From positions 96,001 to 160,000 of IMG/VR virus record IMGVR_UViG_3300042923_000619: DNA of 64,000 nucleotides; one strand, given 5' to 3'. Under the pieces are notes generated by a model. The model was not told the DNA's origin and did no database searches. It was given only the letters and a program-made list of their open reading frames with translations. The position numbers and the translations under genes are program-made. The stretch comes from a virus. Numbering within the stretch: the first letter of the stretch is position 1; every line of letters starts with the position of its first letter. Shown here piece by piece: positions 42,813-55,120 of this stretch.

Positions 42813-43715
42813 ATGAAATTTAATAAGAAATTAATTAAATGGATGGTGGCAGTAATGAAAGATTTTAGAGAACAGCTAATGGCTATAAAGACAGAAATGA
42901 ATGAAAAAGAATTAACTCAAAAAATAAAGGTTGAGGTCAAAGACCTAGATATAAACAAACAAATTAAGCAAATTAAAATTGAAGTGAATACCAATGATAA
43001 AAATTTACATAACAATATTGAGCATAAAAATGTTATGTATAGACCAAATTATAAAAATATTGAAGAAAAACATGAATATATTGACTTAAAATATATAAAG
43101 CGAGGTGATGTAATATGGATTAATCTTTTTGGGTCAGTTGGGTCGGAACAAGGTAGTGATGAATATGGTCGTCCATGTGTCTGTATCCAAAATGACGTTG
43201 GAAACGCTCATTCACCAACTATAATAGTCTCAGCTATAACATCTCAACTTGGAAAACAAAAATTACCAACGCATGTGTTAATTCCTTCATCAGAACAATA
43301 TGGATTAACTAAAGATTCTGTGGTTTTATTAGAACAAATAAGAACTGTTGATAAAAGAAAAAGAATATTAAGAAGAACAGGTCACTTGGATGAGCTAGTA
43401 ATGAAAAAGATAAATAAGGCTTTAGCAATATCAATTGGTGATTTACAACAAAAAAATACATTAGAAAAACTTGAATCAAAAATACAAAAATATATAATAA
43501 ATAGCTTTAAATCAATTGATACTTATGAAATGACAATTGAAACTATGCAAATAAATAATGTTCCACAAGAGGCAGTTGATTTAATAGAAAATCAAAAGTT
43601 TAGAGAAGAAAATGGGTTAAAATGTTATTGTGATGATAATAAATTAAATTATAATATATTATATAATGATTATAAAAATATGGTTAAAGAAAAAGAGGAA
43701 GATATCGCATTATAG
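42813..43715 (+). CDS. mazF: MazF/PemK endoribonuclease with N- and C-terminal extensions
   Basis: KRGDV...GSEQG...RPCVCIQNDVGN..SPT.IV.AITS...KLPTHV...DSVVLLEQIRTVDK, closely like B. subtilis NdoA/EndoA; catalytic Arg and Thr retained; about 80-aa extensions on each side. Confidence 0.92.
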   Translation: MKFNKKLIKWMVAVMKDFREQLMAIKTEMNEKELTQKIKVEVKDLDINKQIKQIKIEVNTNDKNLHNNIEHKNVMYRPNYKNIEEKHEYIDLKYIKRGDVIWINLFGSVGSEQGSDEYGRPCVCIQNDVGNAHSPTIIVSAITSQLGKQKLPTHVLIPSSEQYGLTKDSVVLLEQIRTVDKRKRILRRTGHLDELVMKKINKALAISIGDLQQKNTLEKLESKIQKYIINSFKSIDTYEMTIETMQINNVPQEAVDLIENQKFREENGLKCYCDDNKLNYNILYNDYKNMVKEKEEDIAL

Positions 43716-43727
43716 TATGAACAGGAG

Positions 43728-44351
43728 ATGGGTAATATGGGAAAAAGAGAGGAAGAAATAGAAAACAAAATAAGAAATGAAGTGTTTATAGGTTGTTTTG
43801 GTAGAGGGGAATTTAATAAAGGAAAAAAAATATTACAAAAATTATATTATCAATATTATCCTATTTTAGATACTTTTGAAACTAAAAGAATGATTCTTTA
43901 TAACTATATAGTTGGAGAAAGATTGGACACAAATATTGAAGATATAATTAAAAAATGTAGTGAAAAACTAAAGAATGATATGGATAATGAACTAAATTAT
44001 AAAGAGACAAATACAAAAGAATATTGTATGATGTTAGCATATTATTGTGATACACATAAAGAAGAATTAGGAAAAGAAGAGTTGATAAATATATACACAT
44101 TTAGTTATAATTATTATAAAAAGGCTGGATTGGAAATTGATATGTTAAATTCTAAATTCAATTTAGCTTTAATTGAAAAAAAGTTTGAAATTGTCTTTGA
44201 GATTATCAAAGACATACATAATAGTGATGACAAAATATGTCAAGCTGTTTTATCTCAAATGCTAAATGATTTAAAAAACATAAACATAAATAAATATATT
44301 GAAATACAATTATTACTTAAAAAAGAAAATAAAAAACTTTCATTAGTTTAA
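43728..44351 (+). CDS. All-helical TPR-like protein, candidate peptide receptor
   Basis: About 205 aa, amphipathic helices with Tyr/Asn patterning (YNYYKK...LNSKFNLAL), no HTH; 12 bp after the mazF stop and directly upstream of a peptide ORF. Confidence 0.5.
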   Translation: MGNMGKREEEIENKIRNEVFIGCFGRGEFNKGKKILQKLYYQYYPILDTFETKRMILYNYIVGERLDTNIEDIIKKCSEKLKNDMDNELNYKETNTKEYCMMLAYYCDTHKEELGKEELINIYTFSYNYYKKAGLEIDMLNSKFNLALIEKKFEIVFEIIKDIHNSDDKICQAVLSQMLNDLKNININKYIEIQLLLKKENKKLSLV

Positions 44352-44411
44352 AATATGGTTAAAAGACACCTTATAAAAGAACTTAATAACTAATGAAAGA
44401 GGTGAAAACAT

Positions 44412-44504
44412 ATGAAAAAAATTTTAAGTTACGCATTAGCTTTAGCGGTATTCGTTGCTCCAACAGTAATCAGAATACTAAGCTCAGGTGGTGGTTGGGG
44501 ATGA
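44412..44504 (+). CDS. Unannotated 30-aa secreted signalling propeptide (MKKILSYALALAVFVAPTVIRILSSGGGWG)
   Basis: RBS GAAAGAGGTG, MKK n-region, hydrophobic h-region, Gly/Trp-rich C-terminus; followed by a terminator. Confidence 0.75.
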   Translation: MKKILSYALALAVFVAPTVIRILSSGGGWG

Positions 44505-44540
44505 TATTTAATATTATTCTTCCACAATAACAATCTACAT

Positions 44541-44576
44541 AAAAAGGCAATTAGGAGCAATCTTGATTGCTTTTTT
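44541..44576 (+). terminator. Terminator closing the mazF-receptor-peptide operon
   Basis: GCAATTAGGA-GCAA-TCTTGATTGC followed by T6. Confidence 0.85.
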
Positions 44577-44691
44577 ATAATTTATAGATTATTTATAATA
44601 AATTAAGAAAAATATAAATATTATTATTGACAATGGTAATTAATAGTATTAAAATGATAATATAAACAAATTAATAGAAATATAGAAAGGA

Positions 44692-47600
44692 ATGATTAAA
44701 ATGTGCAAAGCTGTAAATTATGGGGCTGAAATCAATAAACAAATTACAGAAGCTAAAGAATATTATAATAAACTTAAATCTAAAGAAAAAATATTTAATG
44801 ATATGCAACAAGATTTATTACATAAAATAGAAAATATTGATAAATTTAATTTATATGAGGGCTGGGAATTATGCAAGTCTTTACAAAAGTTAAGAAAATC
44901 AAGAAGAGAAACAAAAAATGAATTAGATACAATGGAACGATTAATTAGGCAAATTGGAAGTTTCAATATAAATGCTGATTTAATTGAAAAACGAGATAAT
45001 TTCTTAGAACAAGTCAAAGAAGAAAAAAGATATCATCAAAGACAATTAGATATGACAGGGGACATTTTGAATGAAGTTAATGATATAGTCAACAATGCAA
45101 ATAATTTTGAAATATCAAGCTTCGAAAAAATTTATGAAGCATATGAAAGTATACCAAAAATAAAAGGAAGTAATGTAAAAATAAGATATACTTCAATTAA
45201 AAATAGAAGTAATATAATCAATAATAAAAAGCCAGCATATAATAAATATGTGATTAATGAAAAAGAAAAATATATAGAATTTATTGATAGAAAGAAAGGA
45301 AATGTACAATGTTAAAATTAACAATATTTATAATTGGATTAGTAATGGTAAATAAACTTTTTAAAGTAAATCAATTTTCAAACGAAATTGACCAAGCTAT
45401 ATTAGATGAATTAAAGATAATAAAATAAGGAATAAATTAATAGAACAAAACAAAGTAAAAATGAGAATTTATTTAGAAAGTAAGAAAAATAAAATAGAGT
45501 CATCATTGAAGGGAGGTGATAAAATACATAGAAATACAAAAGCTAAAATACCCTTTGGGTAGGCTAATTTAAGTATATTTAATAGGTATGTTTAAATTAA
45601 CTTTAATAATAAATTAAAAGAAAGAAAAGAGGATAAATAAAATGAGTATGAATGAGTTACAAAGAATAGGAAGAATTTTAGGAGTTAAAGCAGATGTAGA
45701 TGATAAAACGATGTGTCTTTTGATTCAAGATAAGATTAAAAAAAAAGACAGTGAAGTAAAAAAGAAAAATTTTAGTAATAATGTGCTAATGGAAAAAGTT
45801 AAATCATATGAAAGTGAAATACATAATCTTAAAAACGAATATGCAGAAAGTGTTGGACTACAAGAGTATATGATGTTAAAGAAGTCATATAATACTTTAA
45901 AGAAAGATTATAATAAAGTACTTGAGGATAGACATAATTTGAGAAAATCAATTGAATTATATAGAGCAAATTATTTACAAGATAAAATTAAAGCAATTGA
46001 AGGAGTGAGATAAATGTTAAAATTAGTTTTAGAAATGTTAAAGTATATTCAATAATCCAAGCTTTAGTATATGGTGTTATAATATATGGTATATTAACAC
46101 TATTATAATTATATTTTAATAAATGGTGTATGGAATATAATATTGAAACAAAAGACTTATATGCTAATTATAATCAATTTTATGATATTGATGAAGGGTT
46201 AACAGAGGAAGAATATAATACTCAATATGAAGACTTACAGAAGTATTATGATGATATTAAAACAAGTATTAAAAGATTGATAACATATTTAAAAAATACA
46301 GAACTAATAAAATGAAAAAGTTAAGGAGGGAGAATAAAAAATGATAAAAAGAGGACTAAGAGCCAAACTTCATTTTTATGAAGATTATTCAGGGTATAGT
46401 GAAGAAGAATTAGACGAAAAACTCAAAGCTTTAGGAATAGATGCAGATAGTTTTTCTAACTATAGTGGGGATATGCCTATACATGAATACAAGTCATTAA
46501 TTATACAAAATAAATTATTTCAAAACAAATAAAGGAGAAAATAATGTGGATATTAAAAGGAACTATGAGAAGAGTTTTTATTTTGAAAAATATAGCCATA
46601 AAAATACCTTTAAATATAAAAGGCTATTTAGCAAATATTAATGAGATACATAATTGGTATAAATATAAACAATACAAAGAGCATCTATGCCCTATAATAT
46701 TTCATGATTTATTAGGTTTTATAGTAGTTATGAAAAGAGTTCAGCCAGTATATGATTTAGATGAATATGATATAAGTTTTATGGATTACACTATTCCAGT
46801 ATTTAATGATATAAAAAGAAATAATTTTGGATTGTTAGATGGTAAATTAGTAAAAATTGATTATGGCAATGATTTTTGGTTATATAATGTGTGGATTGAT
46901 ATTAAAAATAAATTTAAACAGTTTAAGAATGGCTTAAATACTAACTTGTAGTCTTATGCAATTAGTATAAAATGGCTATTTTATTTAGTAGTTGAAAATT
47001 ATTATCAATTAGACGAAGGAGTAAATATAATGAGTAAAAAATTAGATTTTTCTAAATTAAAATTTTCAGACAAAGTAATCACCACAAAAGAAGCTTTAAA
47101 AGATGTAGAGCCTTTTAATTTAGATGAGAATGTAAAAATAAAAGTCACTGGAGATAATGATAGAATAAAATCGTTACAAGAAAAATTAAATAAAAATATG
47201 GATAAAGCAGTTAAATTAGCTGAAAAGAATACTATTAGAAATGAAAATGATGAGGTAGTTTTTACTAAAGATGAAATTGATGACATGGAAGATTTTATAG
47301 AATAAAACAAATTAATTAATAATACACTTGAAAAGTATAAAATAGTATGGTAAGATGAGGTAAATAATAAATTAATAAGAAAGGTTGTGTGTTAAATGAC
47401 AAAACAAGAAAAGAAAATATATACAGATATTATAATGGGGGCAAATGAATTAAAAACATTATTGAATGGAAAAGAAAAAACACTAAAGAATATTAAATTT
47501 TTAAATGAACAAGAATTAATAGACAATATGAATTTTATAAATAATAAAATTAAGACTACTAATATTAGTAAAACAAAGATTGATATAAAGAAAGTTCCAC

Positions 47601-49851
47601 ATAAAATAAAAAATCCTATTACAGGTGAAATACTTATATTCAGTCATATACTTCATGGACAGTTATCTTATATGAAAACTGTATTTGCTAGACCAGGAAA
47701 AGGTTTTGAACATGTTTCAGAAAGTGATTTATATAGGTATGAAATATTAGAACAAACTTCAACAAAAAGTTTATCACAAGAATTAAGAGAGAAATATGAC
47801 AATATTTAGGCAAAGGAGGTGAGAATTATGAATACAAGTAAATTATCAATTAAAGTTCATTTAGAAGAACCAGTATACATAGATGAAAATACTGTAGAAA
47901 TCTATTTTTCAATAGGTAATACAAGACAATCTAAACCAATAGTAGCTAAATTTAATGGACAAGTTTGGGAAACAATTAAGAATAAATAATAAATTAATGT
48001 AAGAAGGAGTGTAAAAATGATTAGATTAGATATTGATAGATTATTAAATGCAGATGTAGGATATACTCAAACTTCAAATGGTTTAACAATCAAAATTATT
48101 GAAGACAAAGGTAATAAGGCAATAGAAATAAGAAGAGATATAACTAGTGAATTAATAAATGAAATAGAAAAAACAAAAGAAAAATTTAACTCTGTAGAGT
48201 ATGAAAATGAAGAAGAACAAGCTATATACAAAGGTTTAATAAATTTTAGATTAGAAGACTTACAAAATGAATTAAAACAATTAGAAACTAGTACAGATAA
48301 TGTAATTCAATTAATAAAAATTAAAAATAAAGGAGATAGATAATTATGAGATATGGAGTAATAAGTACAAAATTAATATGTGAAAAAGAGGATAAGAAAA
48401 TCGAATATGTTAGTGGAAATAGAATTATTGTAAAACAAGGTAAAATAGATGAATACATAGTTGTAATAAAAGCTGAAGTAGAAAATAGTGAATTTAATGA
48501 TTTTATTAAAGAGAATGGAGAGTTTGATTTAACTATAGTACAAGCAATTAAAAATGTTGTAAATGGTGAAGTAGAAAAAAAAGAAACAAAAATTCCCAAT
48601 ATATCATTTTGTAAGAAATTCACAACATTTGATAGTAAACTTTCATATGCTAATAATATTACAATTGTATTAACAACAATAAGTTGTGAATATGAAGATA
48701 TAAAGTTCATATTAGAAAGTGATAAAAAAGAAGAATATATTAATGCAGTTATTGATGCAACTAATGAAAGTGGAAAGTTTATAAGTGAAGCTTTTAAATC
48801 AATTAAAAAGAATATTGAATTAAATATAAATTCTCAAAATATAGAAGATTTCAAAACAGGATTGGAAGCTAATATTAATAATATTGGTAAATTAATAGAT
48901 TATGAACAAATTAATTAATAATAACAACTTAAAAGAAGACATTTATCGGAAGTTGTATTTTGGTAAAAGTCTTTAATATAAAATTAAAATATGAAGGAGA
49001 GATTAATAATGAAAATATTATTAAGTAACAAAACAGAGGACGGAACAGAATATATTGTAAAAATAGGAGGTGAAAGCGTTATTCTTAATGAGCAGAATGA
49101 TTTAAAAATTCCAGTGGCATATGGAGAATTAGACATATTAATAGATAGATTAAGTGAATTGAAATCTAAAATTAAACCAATAAGAGGTCAAAGAAGATTA
49201 ATGAATCTATACGAAGATAGTGCTGAAGATTTTGAATTGCCTGTATATAAGGGATTCTTTTATCCAAAAGATAAAGAAAACAATATACACCTAAGTCAAA
49301 AAGAAAGAAATGTTATAAGGATTCAGATTGAAGATGTATTACATAAATTTGAAGGATACGTTGATGACCATTTATATAAGAATGAATTAGAATTAGCAAA
49401 AGCAGATCATAATGTTGTGATGGTGACAAGAAGTATATTAAGTAAGCTTGACGTTGCTGATTGTAATGAGCCTAGCACTTATGATTACTATTTAACTATG
49501 GATTTAAGCAGAGATGGAGATAATAAAGCTATCTTATTTAAAAAATATGAAAATGCACTAAAGATAGAAAAATTTATTTCTTTCTATGAAAAAGATTGTA
49601 CTGCTATGGTACATAAATTCCTGAAAGAAATCAAAGGATTAAATTGTGCAATACTTATCCCAACTGTAGCTTTTGGTTGTTTAATAGTTGATTATTTTAA
49701 AGCAGAAGGGTTTGAAGACATTATAGAGATAAATATAAAGGATATAAATAAAGCTATGAATAGTGATATGTCATATATTGGTGGTAACCGTGATGAAATA
49801 TATACAAGAATTTTACTCTATACAACAAGTAAATTAGGATTAAAATTGTAA
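44692..49851 (+). CDS. Hypothetical genes (44692, 45642, 46130, 46341, 47030, 47396, 48017, 48346, 48991), several coiled-coil
   Basis: ORF track; RBSs, often preceded by the AAYAAATTAA motif. Confidence 0.65.
46544..46951 (+). CDS. Minimal protein-kinase-like protein
   Basis: GTMRRVF, IAIK (Lys), N..E (helix C), DIKRNN catalytic loop and KIDYG (DFG-like) in only 135 aa. Confidence 0.7.
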   Translation: MWILKGTMRRVFILKNIAIKIPLNIKGYLANINEIHNWYKYKQYKEHLCPIIFHDLLGFIVVMKRVQPVYDLDEYDISFMDYTIPVFNDIKRNNFGLLDGKLVKIDYGNDFWLYNVWIDIKNKFKQFKNGLNTNL

Positions 49852-49935
49852 TAAATTATATAAAATAATAGAGTATAAAATCTCGTTTTTAATTGAATTT
49901 CGGACAAGTAAAATAAATAATGAAGGAGTAAAATT

Positions 49936-50388
49936 ATGATAAAAAATATTAGAGAAGAATTATGGAACATTATAGAAGAATCTAAAAAAGGCATCCAGTT
50001 TAGAACAGCATGGCAGGAAGATGAGTTAAGGACTATATTAGAAGAAAGATATTCTAGAGAAAATATTGACCTATTATCAGATGAATTTCACAAAATTCAA
50101 AAAGAATATATTGATAGTAAAGATTATGATTTGCTTCATTGGTCAAATGGTGGAATTGTAAGTGGTGGAGATGATTGTTTTTATAGCGATTTTACAAGTT
50201 GGTTAGTGGGACAAGGTAAAGAAGTATACGAAGACTATTTTAAACGAGGTATATTGGCTGTATTAGTATATATAATTGATAATAAAATAGAACAAGACGA
50301 TTTTCAACATGAATGCTTAGAATATGCGTTTCTAGATTATGACAAGGTAGAGAAAGATTTCAATAAATTAATAGAACAAAATAATTAG
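49936..50388 (+). CDS. DUF4240-like protein
   Basis: SGGDDCFYSDFTSWLVGQGKEVY motif. Confidence 0.65.
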   Translation: MIKNIREELWNIIEESKKGIQFRTAWQEDELRTILEERYSRENIDLLSDEFHKIQKEYIDSKDYDLLHWSNGGIVSGGDDCFYSDFTSWLVGQGKEVYEDYFKRGILAVLVYIIDNKIEQDDFQHECLEYAFLDYDKVEKDFNKLIEQNN

Positions 50389-50493
50389 GCTTTAATAAAA
50401 GTAATGTAGGGAAGTTACAGCTTCCCTTAAATTTGAAAATAAATTAAGTTGATATAGATTAATAATAAATTAATATAAGAAAGAGTGATATAA

Positions 50494-52190
50494 ATGAGAA
50501 AAGTATTTTTAGAAGATTTACCTAGAAAACAAGGAATAGAGTCAAATAGTAATAAATCCACAATTGATTGGTATAATTCAGTAGGATATATAGTAAGATT
50601 TATATATGATGATATTGAAGGTGAGATTGAAATTTTAAATTATAATTCAAAAAACTATACATTGACTTGTCAGCATGTCAATAAAGTTACTGATATAAAA
50701 ACATCAAGCTTTAAAAATTCTAAAATTCTAAAATTAATATCAAGATATGAAAATAATGATAAATTATTGAAATATTTAGTTAATCCTAACGATATAAATT
50801 CTAAAACTTATAAAAAAGTATTAATGAAATGTCCTTGTTGTGGTTATAAAAGAAAATTTCTATTAATCAAGTTTTACAAGCCGGTTTTTCTTGTAGAAAG
50901 TGTGGAGATTCTCAATCATATCCTGAGAAATTTGTATTTAGTTTATTAGAACAACTGCAAGTAAATTTTGAAACAGAATATTCTCCAACGTGGGTAAGTC
51001 CTAAACGTTATGATTTTTATTTTAAATATAATAATCAAGAATTTATTTGTGAGGTAAATGGGATTCAACATTATGAAAATACAGGATTTAAAAGAACATT
51101 AGAGGAAGAGCAAGAAAATGATAGATTTAAAAAAGAGTTGGCTATTAAGAATGGTATAAAAGAAGAAAATTATATTGTTATTGATTGTAGAAAGTCAGAG
51201 TTAGAGTGGATTAAAGATAATGATTATGGAGTATTAAATAGTAGGCTTAATGAAATATTTGATTTAAACATTATTGATTGGAATAAAGCTAACGAATTCG
51301 CTTTATCGTCAAGAGTAAGAGAAGCCTGTGATTTATGGAATGAAAAGTATGATGTAACAGACATTTCAAAAAAAATGAAGCTCGGAAAGGAGACTATTAG
51401 ACGTTATTTAAATAAAGGTGTAAAAATAGGATTATGTACATATAACTCAAAACAAGAAATGTTAAAAGGAAGTAGAAATGGATATATGAAAAAATGTATA
51501 AAAATTATATGCCTAAATAATCTTGAAGTATTTAATTCTGTCAGTGACGCTGGAAGAAAGTATGGTATATCTATTAGTGGAATAAATCAGTGTTGTAAGA
51601 ATAACTATAAATATAATTACTTATATAGTAAAATAGAAGATGAAAATTTTGTATTTACATATTATGAAGAATATCTTAAAATGACAAAAGAGGATATAGA
51701 AAATAAATTAAAATATATACATAACAAAAAAAATAGAACTGGGGTAAAAACACCTGTAATATGTTTAAATACATTAGAAGTTTTTGATAGTGCTAAAGAT
51801 GCTATGAGGAAATATATGATTAGTGAAAAAGGAAGTGGAATTGCTCGTGCATGTAAAGGGGAAAGAGGCACTTGTGGGAAACATCCTATAACAAAAGAAA
51901 AATTATCATGGATGTATTATAAGGATTATTTAAAATTAGAAAATAAAAATGAAATAAAATCTAAGATAGAAAAAATATATTGTATAACATTAAATAAAAT
52001 ATTTGATACATTAAATGAAGCTTCACAATATACTAAAGTAAAAGACAAATATAGTATAAATAAATGTTGTAAAGGTAAAGTAACATATGCAGGGAAATCA
52101 GAACAAGGAATACCATTAAAATGGATGTACTACAAAGATTACATAAAACAACAATCAATACATAATGAAAATTTAGGACAAGCTATATAA
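50494..52190 (+). pseudogene. Frameshifted homing endonuclease (Zn ribbon, Vsr/PD-(D/E)xK nuclease, NUMOD1-like repeats)
   Basis: Shifting -1 near 50848-50851 joins CPCC to KKISINQ...CRKC...SYPEKFV...RYDFY...EVNGIQHY...NDRFKKELA, which runs in frame into 51138..52190 with repeated ICLN.LEVF.S..A...GI..CCK units. Confidence 0.75.
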
Positions 52191-52324
52191 TACATATAAA
52201 TACATAATTGCAAAGTACAGAAACTCACAATTTAAAAAACGTAAATAAATTAATAGAAAAATATATAGTAAATGTGTATACACTCTTAAATTTTATGATA
52301 TAATAGTAATATAAAATTTAAGAG

Positions 52325-55106
52325 GTGAAAAAAATGAATATAAAAGACTTTGAGGAGTTCGCTGGGATTATAAAGGATAATTATGATATAACTAAATACT
52401 TATTGAGAAATCATATAACAGAAGAGGATATTAAAAAACTTAATAAAGATGAACTTGTTGAGAAAATGTATAATAAAGAAGTAGAAATTCAAAGAGAAGA
52501 AGTTCAAAGTTATATAAATCAAATAAAATTATTATATGAAGTTTACAAAAGATTAAAAAAGTTCACATATAGAAAAGTTGAAATATATCCATTTTATTAT
52601 TTTTTAAAATCAATAGAAGAATATGATGGATTGATTGAAGATATAATCGAATGTTCTGCTCCAAAATATATTGAAGATTTACATGTTCATTGTAATAATG
52701 AAAAGAGATGGGTGGATTTTATATGTCAAGATAATTTTAATTTAGAAGATTTAGAAAACGGGAAAATAAAGTTTAATAATAGTAATAATCTAAAATTATT
52801 TAACCATGTTGGGAAGGGTGTTTTTAAGCTTATATTTGAATCAGAAACCGACTTAGATGAGTTAGAAGATTATAATTTAAGATATATAAGTGATTATTTA
52901 GAAGGAGAAATTAATTCTCAACATGATAACTTATTACTGGAATCAGAATTGGATTGTATTGTTATGATTAATAATCAAGCAATTTATAGATTTGAAAAAC
53001 GTGAAGAATCATGTTATTGTGATTGTATAGAAAGCGATTTTATGTATCATTTCATATTGTGGTATAGAAAAGAGTATCAAGATAAAGAATTTAATGGTAG
53101 TAATGTATATACAAGAGTATGGGGATATTTAGATTATGAAAAATAAACTTGAAAAGTGCAATAGATTGTATATATAATATTATCGAATATTTAATAGAAG
53201 GAGAATTTATTTTATGAATGAACATTTACAACCAGATTTAACAGATATCAAATATGCTTTAGAAAAATGCTTGAATACTAGAACAGTAGGAGATATAAGG
53301 GATTTATTAAATGATGGTAATATAAATCCAATATTGAAAGAATTGATAGAAGGATTAGAAATAGAAATGGCGGATGCAACGGCTAAAGATAGGTCATATC
53401 GTATGAATATTAGTTTAAAACAATTAACTGAAGCATTTGAGGAAAATTAAGTTGTTTATTTTCATAAAGGAGAAATGACCATGTGTGAATTTCCTAAATA
53501 TATAATTGACAAAATCTCGGAATATAATAAAACCTTATCTTTGAAATTGAAAATAGAAATTCGAGAAGATATAAAAAATTAAATAGAAAAAAATATAAAG
53601 ATTTTTTAGATGAAGATATGGATGAAGTTCTTGATATAATAATAGAAGCTGGTGCAATGAAAGATGGAACATTACAAGAAATAAGTAAGATTGTAAGAAA
53701 AAGATTAGAAGAAGTAAAAAAGGAGAAGCAGAAAGGTGTTACAATATGATAAGGCAATACACAATATTAATCGAGTTTTAAAACAAGGATTAGCAAACGA
53801 TATTTATGACCAAGAAGCATTAGAATTTGCAATTGATGTATTAAGAAGAGAAAATAAGGTTTTAGAAAAACTAGATAATGGATATGCTTGTGGCAATTGT
53901 GGTCAAATAAGTTCTGCAAAAGATATTGATTCTACAACTAAGGAATATTTTGAAGATAGAAATATCAATGTTGTTTCTATTGAGGGGACAGGAATAAGTT
54001 TTACAGAATATATATGTCCAAAGTGTAATAGAAGAGTAATGGGTAAAGATTTTAAAAAATTGAAATAATAAGAATGGGGCTATAACTTGGTTGTAGCCTT
54101 TTAATTTTATGTAAAAACCCTTTAAAATTTGTCTTTTATCTTGATATTGATTTTCAATTGGTAAACTATAAATATTTAAATAAATTAATAGAAATACTAT
54201 TGCATTGATTGGTAGATTGTGCTAATATTAGTTTAGACAAACAAATTAATAATAAAAAGGAGAGAATAAAAATGAAAACAACCAAAAGAATAAGAATAAT
54301 AGCAAGTAGTCCAGCAGATTCAGGACAAGAAGGAATTGAAGAATACATAGGAGAAGAACTTGAAGTAGTAGCATGGTGGAAAAGTAAAACTAATTCATTA
54401 GAAGATGGCGAAATACAAGTCATATTAAGAAGTGATAAAGATTTAAATTTAAATGGTCAATTAAGTATATTAAATGAAGATGAATATGAGTTTATATAGT
54501 AACTTAGGGAATTGTAACAGATTCCCCTACCGTTCTATAAAAAAGTAAAAGGTGGTAGTTAAAATGAATGATAATTGTGATTGGGTTAAAGAAAAATATG
54601 ATGGGATATTAGAAATTTATCCAAGAAAATGTTTAAATACTTTTTTGTTAGATGCTAAATTATTAGAGTTGCAAAAAGATTATAAGTTAGTACAAGTATT
54701 TCCTGATTGGATTAGAGCTTTTAAAAAGGAGTAAATTATGGACAAGGTATGTATAAATTGCAAGTGGTGGTATAAAGCCACTTGTAATTGTAAAGAGTTA
54801 AACATAACAGCTACAACAAAAGATGATGGAGTTAAATATGTTGAAGATGGATTGCTTTCAACCAATATTGAAGAAAGTGGATTGACTAAAGATATTATTA
54901 AAATAATAATTGTAGAACTCAAAGAACAGGATTACATAAAGAAAACTAAAAATATAAATAACTTTAATGAAGAAAATATAGAAAAAGAATTAATTGAAGT
55001 TATAGATGATAAATTAAGTGAAGGTATTATGAATTACTTTGATGGTGAATGTGATGAAATTAAAATAAATAATCCTAGTGAGCTTAGTTGTTGTTACTGG
55101 GAATAA
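52325..55106 (+). CDS. Hypothetical genes (52325, 53214, 53736 Zn-ribbon, 54209, 54552, 54738)
   Basis: ORF track; CxxC pairs in 53736 and 54738. Confidence 0.6.
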
Positions 55107-55120
55107 ATTAAAAGAAAGGA

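Noticed and set aside
42602-42856. MazE antitoxin upstream of mazF
   Set aside because: The region holds a terminator and two promoters; no suitable ORF.
50840-50865. Programmed -1 ribosomal frameshift in the endonuclease gene
   Set aside because: No X XXY YYZ heptamer in the zero frame and no evident stimulatory structure; an indel is simpler.
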